Below are positions 23,901 through 31,629 of a stretch of DNA of 32,061 nucleotides, one piece after another; within the stretch, counting starts at the first letter, position 1, and each line of letters starts with the position of its first letter. The position numbers and the translations under genes were made by a program. Source of the stretch: an uncultured Bacteriovoracaceae bacterium (GTDB taxonomy: Bacteria > Bdellovibrionota > UBA1018); the NCBI GenBank assembly GCA_964395265.1, contig CAYNDM010000001.1:10239-42299 (forward strand), given 5' to 3'. The notes beneath the pieces were generated by a model. That model was not told where the DNA came from. It made no database searches and saw only the letters and a list, made by a program, of their open reading frames with translations.

Positions 23901-24695
23901 ATGGGAAAGCGTTCAGCGTTTCTAAGGGTTTCAGCATGGGCTCTTGCCGCCGCGATCTTCTCAGGGGCTTCCCAGGCTTTGCCGGCGGCTTCTGAGAAGA
24001 GTTCGCCGCGTCCCTCGGTGTCCCCGACCCCGGCGAAGCCGGAGAAGACGAAAAGCAAGGCCAAGAGCAAAGCGAAAACCCAGGCCAAGAAACCCAAGGC
24101 TAAGACAAAACCTGAGAAGCGATTGCCGGCCGTCCTTCAGGAGATCGAGAAAAAATACGCCGAGGCAGGCACCCTTTCGGCCGAGTTCTCCCAGATCAAC
24201 GAGACGGTCGTAACTGGGCAGAAGAAAACCTCTTCGGGCGTCATCCTGGTCAAGCGTCCCAACCAGGTTCGCTGGGAGACCCAAAAGCCCAACCCAAGCC
24301 TCCTGGTAAGCGACGGCAAGACCTATTGGTTCTATACGCCGCCATTTGACGAGGAGGAGCCTGGCCAGCTGGTCGTTCGAAGCTCTTCGCAGGTCCAGTC
24401 GAAGTTGGCGAACGCGCTCTTGTCAGGGTCGTTTTCGACCGCGAAAGACATGAAAATCACGGAGAAGACCCCGTCGACTTTTGTTTTGAAGCCCAAGCCT
24501 GGGACGGCCGGTACGGTTCAAAAAGTCGAGATCGGGGTCGACCCCGACAAGAAACTCATCCAGAAAGTGATTCTGACCCATAAGGGAGGCAATCGGGCAG
24601 AAATCAGCCTTTCAAACATCGAGCTCGGTAAGCCCCTGGATGAGAACCAATTCCATTTCGAGGCTCCTAAGAACACCGAAATCATCAAAGAATAG
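23901..24695 (+). CDS. lolA: Outer-membrane lipoprotein carrier protein LolA with a Lys/Pro/Ala/Thr-rich insertion after the signal peptide
   Basis: Signal MGKRSAFLRVSAWALAAAIFSGASQA. The LolA core reads LQEIEKKYAEAGTLSAEFSQ...TSSGVILVKRPNQVRWE...LLVSDGKTYWFYTP. Residues 31-74 are low complexity (PAKPEKTKSKAKSKAKTQAKKPKAKTKPEKR). Confidence 0.85.
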   Translation: MGKRSAFLRVSAWALAAAIFSGASQALPAASEKSSPRPSVSPTPAKPEKTKSKAKSKAKTQAKKPKAKTKPEKRLPAVLQEIEKKYAEAGTLSAEFSQINETVVTGQKKTSSGVILVKRPNQVRWETQKPNPSLLVSDGKTYWFYTPPFDEEEPGQLVVRSSSQVQSKLANALLSGSFSTAKDMKITEKTPSTFVLKPKPGTAGTVQKVEIGVDPDKKLIQKVILTHKGGNRAEISLSNIELGKPLDENQFHFEAPKNTEIIKE

Positions 24696-24716
24696 GTCGA
24701 TCACGGCATTCTAGGG

Positions 24717-24745
24717 TTGTTTTTAATTGACTGTTTTTGTATAGC
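24717..24745 (+). promoter_or_regulatory. Candidate promoter for yajQ (TTGTTT - 17 nt - TATAGC)
   Basis: -35 is at 24717-24722 and -10 at 24740-24745, followed by AGGAGA 7 nt before ATG 24769. Pattern match only. Confidence 0.25.
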
Positions 24746-24768
24746 TTCTTCGGATAGGAGAACCCGGA

Positions 24769-25266
24769 ATGCCCTCTTTTGACATTTCTTCTGAAATGAA
24801 CTGGCAGGAGCTAGACAACGCGATCAATCAGGCGCGCAAAGAACTCGAGCAGCGGTATGACTTCAAAGGCGTCAAGACCGAGATCAAGCTGGATCAAAAG
24901 GCCAAGACCGTTACGTTTTGGGTGAGCGAGGAAGCCAAGCTCGACGCGATGAAGGATATTTTCCAAACCAAGTGCGTCAAGCGCGGCATCTCTCTCCTTT
25001 CGTTCGAATATAAAGATGTCGAACCCGCGTTTGGCGGAAGCGTTCGACAAGTGGCCGTGGTTCAGGCCGGGATCTCGAAGGAGAAGGCCAAGGAAATCAT
25101 CGCCGCGATCAAGGAGAGTAAGCTCAAAGTGCAGGCCCAGATTCAGGATGAGCAGGTTCGAGTGACCGGCAAGAACCGCGACGACCTCCAGTCAACGATC
25201 GGCCTCCTTCGAGAAAAGCAAAACAAGATCCAGGTCCCGATGCAGTTCGGGAACTTCAGGGACTAA
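24769..25266 (+). CDS. yajQ: YajQ family nucleotide / cyclic-di-GMP-binding protein (UPF0234)
   Basis: Begins [23 protein letters not shown]...RYDFKG and ends ...[25 protein letters not shown]......P.QF.NFRD. This is characteristic of YajQ, and 165 aa fits. Confidence 0.9.
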   Translation: MPSFDISSEMNWQELDNAINQARKELEQRYDFKGVKTEIKLDQKAKTVTFWVSEEAKLDAMKDIFQTKCVKRGISLLSFEYKDVEPAFGGSVRQVAVVQAGISKEKAKEIIAAIKESKLKVQAQIQDEQVRVTGKNRDDLQSTIGLLREKQNKIQVPMQFGNFRD

Positions 25267-25298
25267 CCCAAGGCAGAAACAACCATCGAGCATTACCC

Positions 25299-26783
25299 AT
25301 GAGCAGTATCCAAAAAGAGAAGTCGCCAGTCTATTTCGTCAGCCTGGGATGCCCAAAGAACCTGGTCGATTCGCAGGTGATGCTGGGGCTTCTTGAGAAG
25401 GATCGCTACTCGATCTCGCAAGAGCCCGAGAGCGCGGAAGTCATCATCGTCAATACGTGCTCATTCATTCAGGCTTCGAAAGAAGAGTCGATCGAGACGA
25501 TCCTCGAGATGGCGCAGCTGAAGGAAGAGGGTAAATGCAAGGTCCTGGTCGCCTCAGGCTGTCTCCCTCAGCGCTACTCCAAGCAGCTCGAAGAAGAGAT
25601 GCCTGAAGTCGATCTCTTCATCGGCACCGGGCAGTATCACCGGATCACTGAGCTTCTGAACGCCCACGGAAAAGCGCTCGAGCTGGGAGCTCCCCTTCCC
25701 AAGCGGTCCTACGTGGACCAGCCCGCGTTCATCCACACCGAGAAAGACCCGCGCATGCACACCGGGCCGAGCTATTCGGGATACTTGAAGCTGTCGGAAG
25801 GCTGCAACCGCCGCTGCGCGTTTTGCATCATCCCGAAGCTCCGGGGCAACGTGCGCTCCCGCACCGTCGAGTCCTTGGTGGCCGAGGCCCGCGCCATGGC
25901 CGAGCGCGGGATTCGGGAGCTGAACCTCGTCGCGCAAGATCTGACCGAGTACGGGATGGAATGGAAGTACCGCGAGCGCCTCGAAACGCTGCTCCCCGAG
26001 CTCTGCAAGGTCGAGGGTATCGACTGGATCCGCCTGCACTACGTCTATCCCGACCAGTTCTCCGACGAGCTTGTAGAAATCATCGCGCGAGAGCCCAAGA
26101 TCGTGAAGTACCTCGATATGCCGATCCAGCACACCAACGATCGCGTGCTGAAGTCCATGAACCGCAGGCTCACCAAGGAGAAGCTCTTCGACCTGGTCGG
26201 TAAGCTTCGCGCGCGGATTCCTGGAGTAGTGTTCAGGACCTCGATCATCGTCGGGTTCCCCGGCGAGACTGAGGAGGAGTTCGAGGAATTGTGCCGCGAT
26301 CTCGAGGTATTGAACCTCGATCACGTGGGCGTCTTCCGATTCTCGAAGGAAGAAGGAACCAAGGCCGCGGAGATGGAGGGCCAGATCCATCCCGCCACGA
26401 AGCGAAAGCGCGCGAAGCGCCTGACCGAGATCCTGCAGAGGCAGCGCGCGGATCGGCACGATCAGTACGTGGGCCAAACGGTCGAGGTACTGGTCGAAGG
26501 CGTCAGCGAAGAGACCGATCTCCTGCTCCAAGGGCGAATGCCGACCCAGGCGCAGGAAATCGACGGTCACGTGCTCATCAATGATCTCATCGATCTGGGC
26601 GAAGACGCGGACCTGCGCCCAGGCGATCTGGTCGAGGTCGAGATCACCGAAGCCACGCCGAACGACTTGATCGGGCGCGCGATCCGGCTGATCTCGAAAT
26701 CCCGCATCGCGATCGATCAGGGCGCGGCCGCGATCCGCCAGGCTCGTCCGGTCGAACGCCCTGTCGTCGAGGCCCGTCCTTGA
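25299..26783 (+). CDS. rimO: Ribosomal protein S12 methylthiotransferase RimO (radical SAM)
   Basis: Contains VSLGCPKNLVDSQ, VNTCSFI and SGCL (N-terminal cluster Cys). Also YLKLSEGCNRRCAFCIIP (CxxxCxxC), RLHYVYP, YLDMPIQH, IVGFPGETEEEF and a TRAM region VGQTVEVLVEG. It is collinear with E. coli RimO as I recall it. The C-terminus is about 40 aa longer than I expect. Confidence 0.9.
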   Translation: MSSIQKEKSPVYFVSLGCPKNLVDSQVMLGLLEKDRYSISQEPESAEVIIVNTCSFIQASKEESIETILEMAQLKEEGKCKVLVASGCLPQRYSKQLEEEMPEVDLFIGTGQYHRITELLNAHGKALELGAPLPKRSYVDQPAFIHTEKDPRMHTGPSYSGYLKLSEGCNRRCAFCIIPKLRGNVRSRTVESLVAEARAMAERGIRELNLVAQDLTEYGMEWKYRERLETLLPELCKVEGIDWIRLHYVYPDQFSDELVEIIAREPKIVKYLDMPIQHTNDRVLKSMNRRLTKEKLFDLVGKLRARIPGVVFRTSIIVGFPGETEEEFEELCRDLEVLNLDHVGVFRFSKEEGTKAAEMEGQIHPATKRKRAKRLTEILQRQRADRHDQYVGQTVEVLVEGVSEETDLLLQGRMPTQAQEIDGHVLINDLIDLGEDADLRPGDLVEVEITEATPNDLIGRAIRLISKSRIAIDQGAAAIRQARPVERPVVEARP

Positions 26784-26807
26784 ACCAATCCATGGGGAGA
26801 CCTGAAG

Positions 26808-27113
26808 ATGTCTTTGCAACCTGACTGGATCATCACCGCAGAGGAGCTCAAGGCCTGTAAGGACCGGGTCGTCCTGGTCGATGTGCGCGAACCGGAGGAG
26901 CACGAGGAATCGCGGATCGAAGGTTGCAAGCTGATCCCGCTGGACGAGATCCAGGCGAGGGCGCAAGAGCTGAATCCTGAGGACGATATCGTGATCTATT
27001 GCGCGCACGGAGTTCGGAGCCTGCAGGCGCTCATGGCTCTTCGGATGATGGGCTTTCAGAAGCTCAGATCCTTGGATGGCGGCATCGAAGCTTGGCTGAA
27101 CGCGAACCCCTGA
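26808..27113 (+). CDS. Single-domain rhodanese-like sulfurtransferase
   Basis: Contains VLVDVREPEEHEESRIEG, active-site loop YCAHGVRS (CX4R) and LDGGIEAW. 101 aa. GGGGAG lies upstream of the ATG, 24 nt after the rimO stop. Confidence 0.85.
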   Translation: MSLQPDWIITAEELKACKDRVVLVDVREPEEHEESRIEGCKLIPLDEIQARAQELNPEDDIVIYCAHGVRSLQALMALRMMGFQKLRSLDGGIEAWLNANP

Positions 27114-28207
27114 CCAAAAATCTCCATGAGCTGCTGGTCGAAGCGGCGGCGGACGAAGGTTTCCCCCTGGCCGGCGCCGTTGATATCGATCCAGCGCTAT
27201 CGGAATTCGATCGACACGTTCAACGCTACGACGAGTGGCTGAAGGCGGGGTACTCGGGAACGATGAGTTATCTGGGACGCGGGCGGAATCGTCGCGCGAA
27301 TCCGCGGTTGGTCTTTCCTGAGGCAAAGAGCGTCTTTTGCGTGGCGATCCCCTACTCCCGAAAACCCGCCGGCGTCGACGATCCCGGCGTGGGCGTGCGT
27401 TACGCCCGCTACATCCAAGGGCGGGATTACCACGTCGAAATCGCCGAACGCCTGGAGCGCGTCATGCAAAAGGTGCGAGATGCGCGTTCCGGCTGCCAGG
27501 CACCCTCTTTGGAATGGAAGATCTGCGTGGATACCAGCGCCGTTCTCGAGCGTAGCTGGGCCGCGCTGGCGGGCCTGGGATGGATCGGGAAGAACACTTT
27601 GCTCATCCACCCGAAGCTCGGCAGCTTTCTCTTTCTCGCGGTGATTCTTCTCAACGAAGAAACCGGGCAGGTGCCCCGCCCGTTGAGGAGCTACTGCGGG
27701 CATTGCACGCGCTGCCTGGATGCCTGCCCTACCCGCGCGTTCGCCAAGCCAGGGGTACTGGACGCCACTCGTTGCATCAGCTACGCGACTTTGGAGAAGA
27801 AGAAGGCTTTTCCCCTGGACGAGGAGCAACGGCGAAAGGTGGGGACCTGGGTCGCGGGCTGCGATATCTGCCAGGAGGTCTGTCCGTTCAACCGCAAGCC
27901 GGCTATGGCGGACGATTCATGTCCTGAGCCGCTGCTGAGCGATTGGGAGTCGCTGTTGAGTGAGACCGAGCAGCACTACCACAAGAGAATCTCCGACTCC
28001 GCGCTCAGCCGCGTGAAACCTTCGCAATTCAGCAGGAATTTAGCTGTAGCTCTCTTGAATGCGTTCGAGCAATTGCCTTCCAGGGAGAAGATAGCGTTTA
28101 CGAAACGCTATCTGGCTCAGGTGCGATCCCGATACGAATCCGAGCAAGATGACTTCGCTCGTATCGAATGGAAGCGATGCTACGATTCTCTCGCTGGGTT
28201 GGACTGA
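27092..28207 (+). CDS. queG: Epoxyqueuosine reductase QueG
   Basis: Contains WL..GY.G.M.YL, GLGWIGKNTLLI.P..GS..FL, two ferredoxin motifs (CGHCTRCLDACPT and CDICQEVCPFN) and HEAT-like C-terminal repeats. Track ORF 26999..28207 starts at a TTG deep inside the rhodanese gene. I prefer the in-frame TTG at 27092, giving (M)AEREPLTKNLHELLVEAAADEGF. That aligns in length with the E. coli QueG N-terminus (from memory) and overlaps the rhodanese gene by 22 nt. The start codon is uncertain. Confidence 0.85.
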   Translation: MAEREPLTKNLHELLVEAAADEGFPLAGAVDIDPALSEFDRHVQRYDEWLKAGYSGTMSYLGRGRNRRANPRLVFPEAKSVFCVAIPYSRKPAGVDDPGVGVRYARYIQGRDYHVEIAERLERVMQKVRDARSGCQAPSLEWKICVDTSAVLERSWAALAGLGWIGKNTLLIHPKLGSFLFLAVILLNEETGQVPRPLRSYCGHCTRCLDACPTRAFAKPGVLDATRCISYATLEKKKAFPLDEEQRRKVGTWVAGCDICQEVCPFNRKPAMADDSCPEPLLSDWESLLSETEQHYHKRISDSALSRVKPSQFSRNLAVALLNAFEQLPSREKIAFTKRYLAQVRSRYESEQDDFARIEWKRCYDSLAGLD

Positions 28208-28250
28208 GCGCGGCTCTATTTTTCGTGAGGCGGTTTCTTAAGGCGGCTTC

Positions 28251-29267
28251 TTAGTCTTTGCCGGCGGCTCCGCCCGCCGGATCCATGCTCGTGCCGAAGC
28301 GGGCTCCGTACACCGAAACGGGAATTTGATTCGCGGATGGAAATCTCAGGGTCAAGCGATGAAGTCCGGGCCCCAGTCCCCGGGCGACGCGATAAAGCCT
28401 GGGATCCAGAACACGGATCAGGGATCTTCCTTCTTCGTCGAAGGCGAGGTCTTCGTCTGCGTTGGGCTCGAAAATGGCCGCGCTATCGATTTCAATGGAG
28501 ATCCGGCCCGGCTCCTTTAGGGCGGATGTCACCCGAGACAAAAGTGCCAGACTGGTTCCTTGGAACTTGAAGCTCAGGCTTGCGTTCGAGTCATCCGTGA
28601 TGAGGCACCTTTCGCCTGGATTCTCCTGCCAACGGCCTTCTTTCTTGATTTTTGGATTCGAGCGGTCCTGAAAGAAGTTCACCTCTCCCTGATCCGTCAC
28701 CCAATCCACTGAAGGCTTCATCAGCCTCAGGAGCGCCAGCCCGGGATCCGAGCTTCGGAGGAAGTTCTGGATCTCCTGCTCGGCGACCGTCAGCTCGCGC
28801 AGTGTGGAGCGATTGAATGCGACCTGTCCCTGCTTGAGGAGTATGATCCTTGGCGTAGAGTTCGTCTCGAAAGCCTCCGTGATCATTCCGTCCAAGTCGA
28901 TCACCGATGGAAGGTTCAGCTGGTGAAAACGGAGGAATGTCTCCATGTTTTGGCGTTGGGTCTGATAGCCGTATCGCGGCGTCAGGACTAGCAGCGGAGA
29001 AAGGCCATGAGGCTCATAGCGCCGCTGCAGTTCCTTGAGCGCGGCGATCGCGCCTTGGCTCTCCATCCTGGTGACGTCGATGAAGTGAAGAAGCCAGGAC
29101 TTCTTGGAGAAGTCGGGATCCAACGGAAATATTCGCGACTTCATTCCGTCTGACCTGATAGCGGCGAACTGTGGAGGTAACCCGATCCAGCGAGGGGTGA
29201 GTTCCTTGCGAGCCAGCTCGATGGCTTCCTCGTGTGTTAAGTCCTTTTCCTTGGGTTTCCAGGCCAT
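28251..29267 (-). CDS. Thioredoxin-fold (TlpA/DipZ C-terminal-like) protein lacking the CxxC motif, with a C-terminal jelly-roll-like domain
   Basis: Residues about 55-180 align by eye to TlpA/DipZ-type thioredoxin domains (...LLHFIDVTRMESQGAIAALKELQRRYEPHGLSPLLVLTP...LPSVIDLDG...TPRIILL). TRMES stands where SCxxC is expected. The C-terminal half (...EGRWQ...LSFKFQGTSLALLS...ISIEID...LYRV...GLHRLTLRF...VYGARFG) resembles the carbohydrate-binding-module-like domain that follows the thioredoxin domain in DipZ (from memory). No signal peptide. Confidence 0.6.
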   Translation of the reverse strand: MAWKPKEKDLTHEEAIELARKELTPRWIGLPPQFAAIRSDGMKSRIFPLDPDFSKKSWLLHFIDVTRMESQGAIAALKELQRRYEPHGLSPLLVLTPRYGYQTQRQNMETFLRFHQLNLPSVIDLDGMITEAFETNSTPRIILLKQGQVAFNRSTLRELTVAEQEIQNFLRSSDPGLALLRLMKPSVDWVTDQGEVNFFQDRSNPKIKKEGRWQENPGERCLITDDSNASLSFKFQGTSLALLSRVTSALKEPGRISIEIDSAAIFEPNADEDLAFDEEGRSLIRVLDPRLYRVARGLGPGLHRLTLRFPSANQIPVSVYGARFGTSMDPAGGAAGKD

Positions 29268-29270
29268 CGA

Positions 29271-30656
29271 TCACCTCGAGGGCTTCGGTCTTTTCACGAT
29301 CGAAGCAAGAACAGCGGCAAGCGAAACTGTGCCAGCCACGTAGAAAGTAAAATGAAGCGCCGACACGAAATCCTCCGTCACCCGGTGCCTCCACGAAAAA
29401 AGATCGGTTGCGAGTCCTGTTCCCGTGACGAGCCCCAGGTTTCTCACCGTTGCCAGGATAGCCGAAGCCGCCCCAAGCTTCGTGCTCGGCACGACGCTCA
29501 TGATCGCATTATTGTTCGGGGACTGGAATAGCCCGGTTGCGAGGCCGATGACGGCCAAGCCGAGAATGATGCCGATTCGGCTCACCCCTTCGTAGATTCC
29601 CAGGCCCAGCGCACCAGCCATGATGAAGAGTCCCATGGCCCCAATGAGTGCCCCGGCCACGCTGAGGCCTTGGCTGCCCAGGCGGTCGGAGAGCCTGCCG
29701 CTGATGGGGGCGACGAAGAGAATGGTGATCGGGATCGCGGTCATGTAGATGCCGGCGCGATCGGGCGTGAAATGGAGGACTTCTTCAAGGAAGAAGGGCA
29801 TCAGCACTGAGACTGAGGAATAGGCGACGAATGTGAGATAGGCCGCCAGGTTGGCGCTCCAGAAGACCCGGTCCTTCAAGAGGGAGAGGTCGAAGACCGG
29901 GGCCTCGGATTCGGATTCGACTTTGAAGAAAAGCGCTCCGAAAATCAGGAGCAGGCCGAGCATTACTAATCGCGACAAGGAAATGGGCACGCTGCCAGCG
30001 ATCGAGACGAGCGGCGGGTCAACCACCATCATGAACGCCAGGAGGATGATCATCTGGAGAAAAGCCCCGGCCCAATCGAATGGCGCGAGGACCTTGGGAA
30101 CCCTGTCGAAGGGAATGAAGCGTTGAACCCAGACGATACCCAGGAGACCCACTGGGATATTCACCAGGAAGATGCTTCTCCAGCCGAGCTCTGCGATCAG
30201 GAAACCGCCGATGCTTGGCCCCGAGACCAGCCCGGCGCTCACGACCATGGCAAGAGTGCCGAGAGCCTTGCCGCGCTCGCTCGAAGGAAAAGCGGCGGTA
30301 ATAATCGCCGGGCCGTTGGCCATCAGCATGGAGGCTCCAATTCCTTGAAAAATCCGGGAGACTAGGAGCCAGCTCAAATTGGGCGAAAGCCCGCAGAACA
30401 GCGACCCGGTGGTGAACGAAAGGAAGCCCAGCTGAAAAATCCGCTTTCGCCCGTACTGATCGGATAGGCGGCCAAACGGCAGAAGGAGACAGGTGATCGT
30501 CAGCAGATAAGCGATCACAACCCATTTGACCCGTGAAAGGTCGGTTCCTAGGTCCTTGGTCAGGGTCGGAAGCGCGATATTTACGATGCTGGAATCGAGC
30601 GTGGCCATGAAAGTCCCACAGGCCACGGTCGAGAGAACCCACCACTTCAAAGACAT
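29271..30656 (-). CDS. MFS transporter, DHA2 (EmrB/QacA-like, 14-TMS) family
   Basis: The N-terminus W.VL..V..GTFMATLDSSIVNIALPTL is the DHA2 hallmark. Motif A is GRLSDQYGRKR. About 14 hydrophobic segments; 461 aa. Its stop is 3 nt before the next gene's start (29267). Confidence 0.85.
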   Translation of the reverse strand: MSLKWWVLSTVACGTFMATLDSSIVNIALPTLTKDLGTDLSRVKWVVIAYLLTITCLLLPFGRLSDQYGRKRIFQLGFLSFTTGSLFCGLSPNLSWLLVSRIFQGIGASMLMANGPAIITAAFPSSERGKALGTLAMVVSAGLVSGPSIGGFLIAELGWRSIFLVNIPVGLLGIVWVQRFIPFDRVPKVLAPFDWAGAFLQMIILLAFMMVVDPPLVSIAGSVPISLSRLVMLGLLLIFGALFFKVESESEAPVFDLSLLKDRVFWSANLAAYLTFVAYSSVSVLMPFFLEEVLHFTPDRAGIYMTAIPITILFVAPISGRLSDRLGSQGLSVAGALIGAMGLFIMAGALGLGIYEGVSRIGIILGLAVIGLATGLFQSPNNNAIMSVVPSTKLGAASAILATVRNLGLVTGTGLATDLFSWRHRVTEDFVSALHFTFYVAGTVSLAAVLASIVKRPKPSR

Positions 30657-30780
30657 GATTCTCTTACTATTCTCATAACCTGATAGAGCTTCCTAGCACC
30701 AAACCGAGGAGTGCTGACGCTCCAGGTTATCCAAAAATAGACATATCGCGTTATTACAGCCTTGGGTTAAGGTTCGATCC

Positions 30781-31629
30781 ATGTCTCAAACCGATCTGGC
30801 ACTGCTGTCAAACGAGCTCCGAATTTCGATCATCGATATGCTGACTGAAGCCAAGTCCGGGCATCCCGGCGGAAGCCTTTCGGCCATCGATCTTTTGACC
30901 GTGCTCTGGTTCGACGAGATGAGGGGCGTGGATTCAGCGAGCCAACTGGCTGAAGACCGAGATCGATTTGTGCTGTCCAAAGGACATGGGGTACCGGCTC
31001 TCTATGCGGTGCTTGCCCGCAAGGGTTTTATCGAGAAGGAAGAGCTCATGACGTTGCGAAAGACAGGAAGCCGCCTTCAGGGGCATCCTGATCGGGTTCG
31101 CCTTCCGATCATGGAAGCCTCGACGGGATCGTTGGGACAAGGACTTTCGGTCGCGCAGGGTTTGGCCATGGGACTGAGAATGCAGGGCAAGAAGTCCCGG
31201 GTCTATTGCATGGTCGGAGACGGCGAGGTCCAAGAAGGCCAGATTTGGGAGGCCGCGCTTTCGGCTCCCAAGTTCAAGCTGGCCAATCTCTGCGCGATCC
31301 TGGACGCGAACAATGGGCAGATCGACGGCCCCGTTTCCGAAGTGATGCCGATCGAGCCGATCGCCGACAAATGGCGGGCTTTCGGATGGCACGTCATCGA
31401 GATCGATGGCCATGACATTCCCCAGATCCAGAAGGCGTACCGCGAAGCCCGCGACCTCGAAAAGAACGGCGGCGCGAAACCGGTGTTCATCGTAGCCAGG
31501 ACGGTCAAGGGCAAGGGCGTTTCTTTTATGGAAAACAAGATCGAATGGCATGGCGTCGCTCCCAAGGTGGAAGAGCACGCGCGCGCGATCGAGGAAATCA
31601 GGAAGCTCACGGGAGGTCGGAATGGCTAA
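30781..31629 (+). CDS. tkt: Transketolase, N-terminal (TPP-binding) subunit of a split enzyme
   Basis: Contains SGHPGGSLS, LSKGH, GSLGQGLS and the TPP motif VGDGEVQEG...LDANNGQIDG. 282 aa, typical of two-gene transketolases. Confidence 0.9.
   Translation: MSQTDLALLSNELRISIIDMLTEAKSGHPGGSLSAIDLLTVLWFDEMRGVDSASQLAEDRDRFVLSKGHGVPALYAVLARKGFIEKEELMTLRKTGSRLQGHPDRVRLPIMEASTGSLGQGLSVAQGLAMGLRMQGKKSRVYCMVGDGEVQEGQIWEAALSAPKFKLANLCAILDANNGQIDGPVSEVMPIEPIADKWRAFGWHVIEIDGHDIPQIQKAYREARDLEKNGGAKPVFIVARTVKGKGVSFMENKIEWHGVAPKVEEHARAIEEIRKLTGGRNG

Noticed and set aside
24040-24115. AAG/GCC/AAA-rich imperfect DNA repeats that could be mistaken for a tandem-repeat or CRISPR-like array.
   Set aside because: They lie in frame inside lolA and simply encode the KAKSKAK low-complexity spacer. 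There are no regular repeat-spacer units.
30761-30780. tRNA T-loop-like string ggttcgatcc just upstream of the transketolase start.
   Set aside because: I could not build an acceptor stem, D-arm or anticodon arm in the preceding ~70 nt. It is an isolated chance match in a promoter or RBS region.
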